A stretch of 16,093 nt of DNA from Candidatus Hydrogenedentota bacterium. Its GTDB lineage: Bacteria > Hydrogenedentota > Hydrogenedentia > Hydrogenedentales > GCA-2746185. Of the stretch, positions 8,131 to 16,093 are shown piece after piece. A model generated the notes under the pieces. That model did no database searches, was not told the DNA's origin, and saw only the letters and a program-made list of their open reading frames with translations. The position numbers and the translations under genes are program-made. Within the stretch, counting starts at the first letter, position 1; each line of letters starts with the position of its first letter. The stretch spans positions 1 through 16,093 of the forward strand of contig JAYGCN010000303.1 of assembly GCA_046583315.1 (NCBI GenBank), written 5' to 3'.

Positions 8131-8195
8131 GACACCGATTGCCAATACACCCTCACCCGCCCCATCGTCGATCACATCATGAAAAACTACGACGG
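8131..8195 (+). repeat. Direct repeat copy 2: isolated fragment of the fbaA 3' region (gene remnant / att-like scar)
   Basis: Translates to DTDCQYTLTRPIVDHIMKNYDG and has 4 mismatches to fbaA 5110-5174. It begins 2 bp after the BNR-4 stop codon. Confidence 0.93.
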
Positions 8196-8239
8196 GGCGT
8201 TAACGACCGTCAATATAGAAGCGATTTACGGGGATGCTC

Positions 8240-8291
8240 AAGTCTGAAGAGCTTCCCCCCTTTTTTTGGGGGGAGTCGAAAAGCAAGACTT
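8240..8291. repeat. Intergenic inverted repeat (C6-T7-G6 hairpin with outer AAGTCT/AGACTT arms)
   Basis: TCCCCCC (8254-8260), T7 loop, GGGGGGA (8268-8274). AAGTCT (8240-8245) pairs with AGACTT (8286-8291). Confidence 0.6.
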
Positions 8292-8366
8292 AAGAAAGAA
8301 CTGCGGGGCGTTATTCGATATATATGTGTTACAGCAGTGACAATTAAAAATGATAGAGGACGAAAA

Positions 8367-9145
8367 ATGAAATTACTTGATCTATTCGATTACTACGATT
8401 TCGGGGCGACTCTTTGGTACCTACGCGCTTCAGAAACCGGAACGCCTGTTCATGATGAGGACTACATTCTTGGCAATATTAAACGTTTCCTCAACGATTT
8501 AACTACATTCGAACTAAAAGTTACGAAGACACTGGCAGAAAGGGAAACTTGAACAACTACTTACTGATTTCAGATCCGCCGACAAGGTGGCGGAATTAAC
8601 TGATAGTCAGTCGAAAGACCTTAACGAAAAAATGGATAAGATTCGATCCACTCTAGAAGCGGATATTTCCGGAATGGTTGCTTATATTCCGACCCCGCAA
8701 CGGATTGATCTTGACGCACTATTAAATGATGTGAGCCAATTATTCTCACCAGGTGTTTTTTGTACTATTACCAGACCTGACTCAGTTCGATTTTTCGGAG
8801 GCTGGAAACTGCATCGCTTTCGAGCGACCGACCGCGGCTGCATTTCATATGCTTAGGGCGACGGAAGGCACGTTGAAATGGTATTACACGCAAATAGTTC
8901 GGTCTAGACGAATCGACAATCAAATGTGGGGAAATATTGTTGCAGACCTTAGGAAAAAGAATTTGACGAAAAAACATACCGCACTAAACAACAATCTAGA
9001 TAATATTCGAGAGTCCTATAGGAATCCGACGAACCACCCTGAGGCGACTTACGACATCCATGAAGTTCAGGACCTTTGGTCTCTCTGTATCGAGGTAACC
9101 AACCGTATGGTTGCTACGTTAAAGAGTGAAAACCGACTCAACTAG
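8367..9145 (+). pseudogene. HEPN-superfamily (DUF4145-like) protein broken by two +1 frameshifts (pseudogene or sequencing error)
   Basis: ATG at 8367 after GAGGA. Three consecutive frames join into one 258-aa protein if one base is removed at AAAGGGAAA (~8539-8547) and one from T6 (8756-8761). The C-terminal part has EAGNCIAFERPTAAAFHMLRATEG and the Rx4H motif RNPTNH (9020-9037). AT-richer than the flanks. Confidence 0.75.
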
Positions 9146-9366
9146 CTTGTTTCGATTTTTCGGTAAGAGATTCTCGAATCAATCCTAGGAAATCCCGATT
9201 GGCCCGAATTAACGTGCAGATAAAGGGTGAACGGGAACAGTATTGCCCCCCGATCTCGCGCCGCATAGACCGGTTCCGGACAGTCGGTTTCGGGTAGGCG
9301 GGGTGTCTTCTTCGTCCGCGAGTTGACAACAGAGGCGCATGAGTTCGCTGGCTACGCCTAAAGATC

Positions 9367-9375
9367 TGCTATAAT
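9367..9375 (+). promoter_or_regulatory. Putative extended -10 promoter for ispH
   Basis: TG-C-TATAAT (consensus extended -10) about 50 bp upstream of the ispH ATG. GAGG RBS at 9414-9417. Confidence 0.55.
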
Positions 9376-9426
9376 GATGGGGTTCTGAGCCGAAGTCTTT
9401 CCTATTTCAAATTGAGGTCATATTCA

Positions 9427-10347
9427 ATGAAAATACTACTTGCCAAACCGCGCGGGTTTTGTGCGGGTGTTGATCGCGCGATTATTTGCGTGGAGAAGGC
9501 GCTGGAACGTCATGGATCGCCGGTGTATGTGTTGAACGACATTGTGCACAACAAGGCGGTTGTCGATGAACTTCGCGCGAAGGGCGCGGTTTTTGTGAAG
9601 GATCTCGATGAGGTGCCGGAGGGTTCACACCTTCTTTTCAGTGCGCATGGAGTCGGGCCCGATCGCCTGGAGCACGCGAAGAAACTCGATCTGGAAGTCA
9701 TCGACGCGACGTGTCCCCTAGTGGAAAAAGTACACCATGAAGCGCGCCGTTTCGCCTCGAAAAACGCCACGATCATTCTCATCGGAGAAGCGGGACACGA
9801 CGAAACGGTCGGCACGATGGGCTGGGCACGCGATCACATCAAACTCGTGACGACCAAAGAAGATATTGCCGACCTTGTAATTCCTGACGAAGAGAACATG
9901 GCCTACATCACGCAGACGACCTTAAGCGTGGACGATTGCCAGGAAATCCTCGACGCGCTCCGGGAACGATTCCCGCACGTGAGCGGACCACCCAAAGCCG
10001 ACATCTGTTACGCGACATCCAACAGACAAGCCGCCGTACGCGCCATCACACCCAGAGCCGATCTCGTGTTGGTGGTTGGTGATCGCGAAAGTGCCAACTC
10101 CACACGCCTCGCAGAAATCGCCTACGGATACGGAAAACCCAGTCACCTGATCAGCAACGCCTCGTACATCAGCGAAGCCTGGCTCGATGGGGTAGAAACG
10201 GTACTCGTCACCTCCGGCGCATCCGTTCCCGAGAATTTGGTACAGGAAGTCATCGAGCGTCTCAAGGAATTTGAACCCTCCGAAGTCGAGGAAGTCATGT
10301 TGGTCGAAGAAAACGTCAATTTCCGTCTTCCCGCCAATATCAGCTAA
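9427..10347 (+). CDS. ispH: 4-hydroxy-3-methylbut-2-enyl diphosphate reductase
   Basis: MKILLAKPRGFCAGVDRA, IVHN, FSAHGV, DATCPLVEKVH, GHDE, TQTTLS, DICYATSNRQ, SANSTRL and TSGASVPE. All three Fe-S Cys are present. Confidence 0.97.
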   Translation: MKILLAKPRGFCAGVDRAIICVEKALERHGSPVYVLNDIVHNKAVVDELRAKGAVFVKDLDEVPEGSHLLFSAHGVGPDRLEHAKKLDLEVIDATCPLVEKVHHEARRFASKNATIILIGEAGHDETVGTMGWARDHIKLVTTKEDIADLVIPDEENMAYITQTTLSVDDCQEILDALRERFPHVSGPPKADICYATSNRQAAVRAITPRADLVLVVGDRESANSTRLAEIAYGYGKPSHLISNASYISEAWLDGVETVLVTSGASVPENLVQEVIERLKEFEPSEVEEVMLVEENVNFRLPANIS

Positions 10348-10383
10348 ACTCCTTTCAACCCCGAAAGGACAGTCCCGATTTCA

Positions 10384-13239
10384 ATGCCCGTTGTGCGCGA
10401 TCAAAAACTCCATCAACTCCGTTCCCAGACCGATTGCGATCTCCGCACCGACGCGCTGACCCGTCTCCTCTACGCCACCGACGCATCCATCTACCAGATA
10501 GAACCAACCGCCGTCGCATTCCCTCGCACGGTCGAAGAAGTCCGAGCAGTCATCCAAGCATCTGCGGCCGAAGATTTACCCATCACCGCACGCGGCGCAG
10601 GCACTGGACTCGCAGGAGGAGCGGTAGGAAACGGACTCATCATCGATTTCTCCAAACACAATCGCCGAATCTGGGACTTGAATGTAGATGCGCGCACCGT
10701 TCGTGTCGAAGCAGGCGTTGTGCTCGACCAACTGAACGCCTATCTCCACCCCCACGGCCTGCGTTTTGGACCCGATGTGGCCACCAGTTCCCGCGCGACG
10801 CTGGGCGGCATGATCAACAATAATTCTTCGGGTTCGCATGTGCCGCTGTATGGCACGACGGTCGAAAGCATCCACGCGCTGGACGTCGTGTTGGCCAATG
10901 GCACCGTTGCTACCATCGGCCAAGGCCATGACGGTTTGTCGAATATCCAGGCGACTGTCACGGACCTCATCCAATCCAACCTCGCCACCATCGAAGATCG
11001 TATGCCGCCGGGATTGCTCAAACGCTGGGCCGGTTATGGCGTGGATCGCTGGTTACGTAACCGCGCGGACCTCACGCGGATTATTTCAGGCAGCGAAGGC
11101 ACACTGGCGGTAGTCACTTCAGCGCAACTTGAATTGCAACCGCTTCCCGAAGCCAAGGGCCTCGGCATCATCGCCTTCGCAACCGTTGCCGAAGCGATGC
11201 AGGCCACCGTAGAGCTACTCGAACTCGAACCGGCGGCCATCGAACACATCGACGATGTTCTTTTTGACCAGACCCTCGGCCAGATTCAATTCAAAAAAGC
11301 GCGGGCCTTGCTGGAACTTGACGAAAAGCCGTGCAAAGCTATTCTACTCGTCGAATTCTTCAGCGACGTTCCTGAAAAACTTGCTGCACTCGAAGCGAAA
11401 AACATTGGGCTGCGTACATCAACATTTCTGGATGAAAGCGACCAGAATCATATCTGGGGATTGCGCAAATCAGGGCTCTCGCTGCTCACCGGATGCAAAG
11501 GCGCGGCCAAACCCACGGCGGGCATCGAAGACGTGGCCATCCTGCCCGAGAAACTACCGGATTATGTGGAAGGGCTACAATCCCTGATGAAGCCACTGGG
11601 CCTTTCGGGTTCCTTCTACGGTCACGCCGCATCTGGACTGCTTCATGTGCGTCCGACGGTCGATCTGCATCAGGCGGAAGACGTCGAAAAATATCGACAG
11701 CTCGCGGAAGGCGTCTCGGCACTCACAAAACAATTCAAGGGATCCATCGCCGGCGAACACGGGGTCGGTATTGCGCGCACTGAGTTTTTACCCGATCATC
11801 TGGGACCAGAACTGATGGGACTGTTCGGTCATATCAAGGACCTTTTCGATCCTGACAATTTGCTTAATCCCGGAAAAATTCTGCCAGCAAAACCGGAACG
11901 CGAATTGAAATACACAATCGACACGCACCTGCGTCAAGGCGACGGCTCTAGCATCGATCTGCCTTTCGAAGCCACCCTGGCCTTCGCGTCAAAAGACGAA
12001 TCCTTCATCGGCAATCTCGAACAATGCAACGGCTGCGGGGGCTGTCGAAAAGACGGCCCCACCATGTGCCCGACCTTTCGCGCAACCGGCGACGAAATCA
12101 TGTCCACCCGCGGACGCGCCAACACGATTCGCGCAGCACTTGAACACAGCCACGGCGTGCATGATGCGTCAATTTTCACACCGGAGCTCGAAGAGGCCCT
12201 CAGTAACTGTCTTTCCTGCAGAGCCTGCACCACCGAGTGCCCCTCCAACGTCAACATGTCGTTGTTGAAAGCCGAACTCCTTCATGCGCGGCATCAGGTC
12301 GAGGGAATCCCGCTGCGCGACAGGCTCATCGCCCGCGTCGGTGCTGTAGGCAAAATTGCGTCGAACGCACCGGGTCTCGCGAACCTATTTCTCGGCAATA
12401 GCCTTATTCGAAAGTTAAACGAGACGTTATTCGGCCTTTCCTCCCGACGTCCGTTTCCGCAATACGCGAAACAAGATTTCAATTCATGGTTCGATCAGCA
12501 TCAGCAGGAGGGCTCCTTCAAAAACGGCTCGGTCTACCTCTGGGATGACAGCTTCTCACGCTACAATGAGCCTCATGTGGCCCGTACGGCGGTCAGGGTG
12601 CTCAATACCTTCGGGTATCAGGTCGAACTGCTCACGCAACGGACCTGCTGTGGGCGACCTGCTTTCAGCACTGGGCAACTTGACCTTGCACGTAGCTACG
12701 CGGAAAAAAATGTCCGCGTGATCGCCGACGCAATACCGGATTTACCCATCATATTTCTTGAACCATCCTGTCACTCGATGTTCAAAGAAGACTATCGTGA
12801 ACTCGGAATTGCAGACATCGACACAATTGAAACCCGTTGTTCGCTCATCGAGGACTTTCTATTGCGCGTACTCAACGACGCCTCGCCCGACTGGAAAAGC
12901 GACTTACCTCCCATGGCCCTACACACCCATTGCCATACCGATTCCATGTCTGACACGAACGCGACACTGGAACTGCTTCGCTCGATTCCCGATGCCCACG
13001 TCACCGAAATCAAGACAGGCTGCTGTGGTATGGCCGGCGCTTTCGGTTCGCTCAAGGATAAATATGAACTCTCGGTCAAAATCGCCGAACCGCTCATCGA
13101 CTGTATCGACGCTCTCGACCCCGGCACGGTCGTCGTCGCCTCGGGCACCAGCTGCCGCCACCAAATAGAACACCTCTCCTCGGCCAGACCGCGCCACCTT
13201 ATCGAAGTCCTCGCCGACTCGCTCGCTGATCCCAAATAG
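10384..13239 (+). CDS. FAD-binding and Fe-S/CCG-domain oxidoreductase (YdiJ/GlcD-GlcF fusion type, 2-hydroxyacid dehydrogenase)
   Basis: LYATDASIYQ, RGAGTGLAGGA, GSEGTL, YGHA..G.LHVRP and GEHGVG. Ferredoxin motifs CNGCGGC and CLSCRACTTECP. CCG motifs TCCGR and GCCGMAG. Substrate not determinable. Confidence 0.92.
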   Translation: MPVVRDQKLHQLRSQTDCDLRTDALTRLLYATDASIYQIEPTAVAFPRTVEEVRAVIQASAAEDLPITARGAGTGLAGGAVGNGLIIDFSKHNRRIWDLNVDARTVRVEAGVVLDQLNAYLHPHGLRFGPDVATSSRATLGGMINNNSSGSHVPLYGTTVESIHALDVVLANGTVATIGQGHDGLSNIQATVTDLIQSNLATIEDRMPPGLLKRWAGYGVDRWLRNRADLTRIISGSEGTLAVVTSAQLELQPLPEAKGLGIIAFATVAEAMQATVELLELEPAAIEHIDDVLFDQTLGQIQFKKARALLELDEKPCKAILLVEFFSDVPEKLAALEAKNIGLRTSTFLDESDQNHIWGLRKSGLSLLTGCKGAAKPTAGIEDVAILPEKLPDYVEGLQSLMKPLGLSGSFYGHAASGLLHVRPTVDLHQAEDVEKYRQLAEGVSALTKQFKGSIAGEHGVGIARTEFLPDHLGPELMGLFGHIKDLFDPDNLLNPGKILPAKPERELKYTIDTHLRQGDGSSIDLPFEATLAFASKDESFIGNLEQCNGCGGCRKDGPTMCPTFRATGDEIMSTRGRANTIRAALEHSHGVHDASIFTPELEEALSNCLSCRACTTECPSNVNMSLLKAELLHARHQVEGIPLRDRLIARVGAVGKIASNAPGLANLFLGNSLIRKLNETLFGLSSRRPFPQYAKQDFNSWFDQHQQEGSFKNGSVYLWDDSFSRYNEPHVARTAVRVLNTFGYQVELLTQRTCCGRPAFSTGQLDLARSYAEKNVRVIADAIPDLPIIFLEPSCHSMFKEDYRELGIADIDTIETRCSLIEDFLLRVLNDASPDWKSDLPPMALHTHCHTDSMSDTNATLELLRSIPDAHVTEIKTGCCGMAGAFGSLKDKYELSVKIAEPLIDCIDALDPGTVVVASGTSCRHQIEHLSSARPRHLIEVLADSLADPK

Positions 13240-13281
13240 GGTATACTGGTTCAGGTTTTAGGCCATTCTGGACGGGACTCG

Positions 13282-15303
13282 ATGCGTACCGAATTCAATA
13301 AACTACTCAAGCTCGCGAAGAAGAATCATCCCGACATTGATGATGATCTGTTGCGCCGCGCCTACAGCGTCGCGGACAAAGCGCATCAGGGTCAAGTACG
13401 TCTGTCCCGCGAACCCTACATCACCCATTGCATCGCCGTCGCGACCATCCTCGCACGGCTGGGCATGGACGCGAAGACCATTTCTGCCAGCCTGCTCCAC
13501 GACGTCATCGAAGACACTCCGGTGACCTATGAGGATCTGGTCAAAGATTTCGATGTGGATATCGCGACACTAGTCGATGGGGTGACGAAAATCGGGTCCA
13601 TTCATCTCGCCGAAGTGGCACCGACCCGCGAACAGAAACAAGCCGAAAACCTGCGCAAGATGCTGATCGCCACGGCCAAAGACGTGCGCGTGATTCTGAT
13701 CAAACTGGCCGATCGACTCCACAACCTGCGCACGATTGAATTTCTTCCCGAAGATAAAATAGAACGCATCTGCCAGGAATCACTGGACATCTACGTGCCG
13801 ATGGCAAACCGCCTGGGTCTCTCCCACTGGCAGTGGGAGATGGAAGATCACGCCTTTCACCACCTGAATCCCGAGGAATACAAAAAGATCGCGAAACTCG
13901 TGGCCATGAAACGGCGTGAACGTGAAGATCTGCTTGCCGAAAATATCGCCTTTATGGAAGATCGACTCCAAGAGGCCGAGGTCAACGCCCGCGTCATTGG
14001 GCGCCCCAAGCACCTCTACAGCATCTATCGAAAAATGCAGGCCAAGGGAACGAATTACGACGGTGTACTGGACGTGCTCGCCATCCGTATTATCACCCAG
14101 ACCGTCAGTGGCTGCTACAACGCGCTCGGCGTCATCCACCATACCTGGCCACCCCAACGAGGCCGTTTCAAGGATTACATCGCCGCCCCAAAACCCAACA
14201 TGTATCAATCCATTCACACGACGGTGATGCTCGATGGAGGTCGCCCGCTCGAAGTACAGATTCGCACCGAAGAAATGGATCGTGCGTCTCGCGAAGGCAT
14301 CGCCTCTCACTGGAAATACAAGGACAGCTCGGAAAAAGAAGACTCCACCGCTGAATCTCAACTGCAATGGTTGCGCCAGATGTACGACTGGCTGACCGAT
14401 GCGCACGCGCCCGACGAACTCTTCGACAGCCTGCGCCGCGATATCAGCGTCACGGCCGTATACGTGCACACGCCCAAAGGGGAAGTCATCGAATTGCCCG
14501 AAGGGGCCACGCCACTCGATTTCGCGTACCGTATCCACTCGGACGTCGGCCATCGCTGCGTGGGTGCCAAGGTCAACGGAAACATGGTTCCCTTGCGCTA
14601 CCACCTTCAGAACGGCGACGTGATTGAGGTGCTTACCTCCAATCGCCAGACGCCACACATCGACTGGCTCGAAATCGTAGTGACGGGTCGCGCACGCACG
14701 CGCATTCGCCAGAAACTTCGTGAAATTGACGAATTGCCAGATGTGGGTCCGGGCGAATCGCGTACGGTTACGCCACACCCTGCGGTACCGAAGCCGCCCA
14801 AAAAAGCCAAGACCAAACGCCATCCGCACGACGAACCCCTCGAAAATACGGTGCTCATTCAAGGCCGTCGGGATATGATGGTCGCCTTCGCGAAGTGCTG
14901 CAAACCTGAGTCAGGAGATCCGATCATTGGATACGTCACCAAACGCCAGAGCATCACGGTACACCGCCCAGACTGCAAATTGCTCGACAAATCGGGCCGC
15001 GACTCCACTCGTATGGTCGAAGCTTCGTGGGATGGAGCGGAGTTTATCGATGCCGTCGTAAACGTCGTCATCGGCTCGCACCCAAATGCCTTGATGGATA
15101 TCACGTCAGCCATCAAGTCCTTGAATGTGGACATCAATCGTGCCGAATTCAAAGCAGGCATACGAGATGAGAGCACATTCGAATTCGAATTTCAGACAAC
15201 GAATCGTGATCAAGTCGAGCAGGTCAAGAAAGCCCTCGCGCTGGTCCCGGGCGTGCGCAAGGTGATGGAATTGACCGAATCAGACATTGCCGTGGGAAAG
15301 TAA
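13282..15303 (+). CDS. rel: Long RelA/SpoT homolog, bifunctional (p)ppGpp synthetase/hydrolase
   Basis: Intact HD hydrolase ([17 protein letters not shown]), synthetase ([37 protein letters not shown]), TGS ([17 protein letters not shown]), ZFD (AKCCKP...HRPDC) and a C-terminal ACT/RRM domain. Confidence 0.95.
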   Translation: MRTEFNKLLKLAKKNHPDIDDDLLRRAYSVADKAHQGQVRLSREPYITHCIAVATILARLGMDAKTISASLLHDVIEDTPVTYEDLVKDFDVDIATLVDGVTKIGSIHLAEVAPTREQKQAENLRKMLIATAKDVRVILIKLADRLHNLRTIEFLPEDKIERICQESLDIYVPMANRLGLSHWQWEMEDHAFHHLNPEEYKKIAKLVAMKRREREDLLAENIAFMEDRLQEAEVNARVIGRPKHLYSIYRKMQAKGTNYDGVLDVLAIRIITQTVSGCYNALGVIHHTWPPQRGRFKDYIAAPKPNMYQSIHTTVMLDGGRPLEVQIRTEEMDRASREGIASHWKYKDSSEKEDSTAESQLQWLRQMYDWLTDAHAPDELFDSLRRDISVTAVYVHTPKGEVIELPEGATPLDFAYRIHSDVGHRCVGAKVNGNMVPLRYHLQNGDVIEVLTSNRQTPHIDWLEIVVTGRARTRIRQKLREIDELPDVGPGESRTVTPHPAVPKPPKKAKTKRHPHDEPLENTVLIQGRRDMMVAFAKCCKPESGDPIIGYVTKRQSITVHRPDCKLLDKSGRDSTRMVEASWDGAEFIDAVVNVVIGSHPNALMDITSAIKSLNVDINRAEFKAGIRDESTFEFEFQTTNRDQVEQVKKALALVPGVRKVMELTESDIAVGK

Positions 15304-15310
15304 TTTCACG

Positions 15311-16093
15311 ATGGAACACTTCAAACTCGTCAGCGACTACGAACCTCAGGGCGATCAGCCACAAGCGATTCAGGAACTTGTGGACGGGCTCAATGACGGG
15401 CTTACTGACCAGACCCTGATGGGGGTGACGGGTTCGGGTAAAACCTACACGATTGCAAACGTCATCCAACAGATCAACCGCCCCACGCTCATCATGGCCC
15501 CGAACAAAATCCTGGCCGCGCAGCTCTACAAAGAATTCAAAATGCTTTTTCCGGAAAACGCAGTTGAATATTTCGTGAGTTATTACGATTACTATCAGCC
15601 CGAGGCCTATGTACCGACGACGGACACCTTTATCGAAAAGGATTCCTCGGTCAACGATGAAATCGACAAAATGCGCCACTCCGCGACACGTGCGGTACTC
15701 TCACGTCGCGACTGCATCATCGTCGCCAGTGTCTCGTGCATTTACGGAATCGGCTCGCCGGAAACGTACTCGGAGTTGAGCGTCGAACTGTACGTCGGCG
15801 ATGAACTGTCGCGGGACGACCTCATCGCCGGACTCATCGCGATGCAATACGAACGCGCGGATTACGACTTTCATCGTGGCACCTTTCGTGTACGCGGCGA
15901 TATTGTCGATGTATTCCCAAAGTACGAAGCCGACATCGCCATCCGCATCGAATATTTCGGGGACGAAATCGAAGGCATCAGCGAAATTGATCCCCTGCGC
16001 GGCGTGGTCAAACGAAAGACGACACACATCACGATTTATCCGGGTTCTCACTACGCAACGACGGCGCAGACCTTAGAGGATGCGATCAAAGGC
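15311..16093 (+). CDS. uvrB: Excinuclease ABC subunit B (5' part, runs off the window)
   Basis: Own translation from the ATG at 15311 gives [20 protein letters not shown]...[16 protein letters not shown]...[11 protein letters not shown]...[18 protein letters not shown]...[13 protein letters not shown]. No stop before the window end, so it is absent from the ORF track. Confidence 0.97.
   Translation, partial: MEHFKLVSDYEPQGDQPQAIQELVDGLNDGLTDQTLMGVTGSGKTYTIANVIQQINRPTLIMAPNKILAAQLYKEFKMLFPENAVEYFVSYYDYYQPEAYVPTTDTFIEKDSSVNDEIDKMRHSATRAVLSRRDCIIVASVSCIYGIGSPETYSELSVELYVGDELSRDDLIAGLIAMQYERADYDFHRGTFRVRGDIVDVFPKYEADIAIRIEYFGDEIEGISEIDPLRGVVKRKTTHITIYPGSHYATTAQTLEDAIKG

Noticed and set aside
5110..8195. 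fbaA repeat pair as a diversity-generating retroelement TR/VR pair
   Set aside because: The mismatches (G/A, T/C, G/C, C/T) are not adenine-specific on either strand, and there is no reverse transcriptase in the window.
8139..8366. 5' extension of the ORF-track call 8139-8552
   Set aside because: It reads the fbaA remnant and hairpin out of frame. The credible start is the ATG at 8367 with a GAGGA RBS.
9138..9340. Short minus-strand ORFs between the HEPN gene and ispH, one frame containing an RDRGAIL string vaguely like a tyrosine recombinase motif
   Set aside because: Short, with no RBS and no further integrase motifs. The resemblance is within chance.
9323..9375. TTGACA (9323-9328) as the -35 partner of TATAAT (9370-9375)
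   Set aside because: The 41-bp spacing is far outside the 16-18 bp range.

Overview
A GC-rich bacterial chromosome segment with a housekeeping backbone: an IscA/ErpA-type Fe-S carrier, class II fructose-bisphosphate aldolase fbaA, ispH, a YdiJ/GlcD-like FAD/Fe-S oxidoreductase, bifunctional rel, and the 5' part of uvrB (missing from the ORF track because it runs off the window). Accessory genes interrupt this backbone. They are a translationally coupled trio (HEAT + YbjN-like protein, Cys/His-capped pentapeptide-repeat protein, MBL-fold hydrolase), an AT-richer stand-alone Reg_prop beta-propeller lipoprotein, a divergent secreted esterase / BNR-4 (PL25-like) pair, and an AT-rich HEPN (Rx4H) gene split by two +1 frameshifts. 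The most notable unexplained structure is a 65-bp near-identical copy of an internal 3' segment of fbaA (5110-5174) at 8131-8195, with 4 mismatches of which 3 are synonymous. The two copies bracket the esterase/BNR cargo and resemble an icd/icdC-type integration scar that uses fbaA as the attachment gene. No integrase, tRNA, rRNA or CRISPR array is visible. All family calls come from motif recognition by eye, not from database searches.
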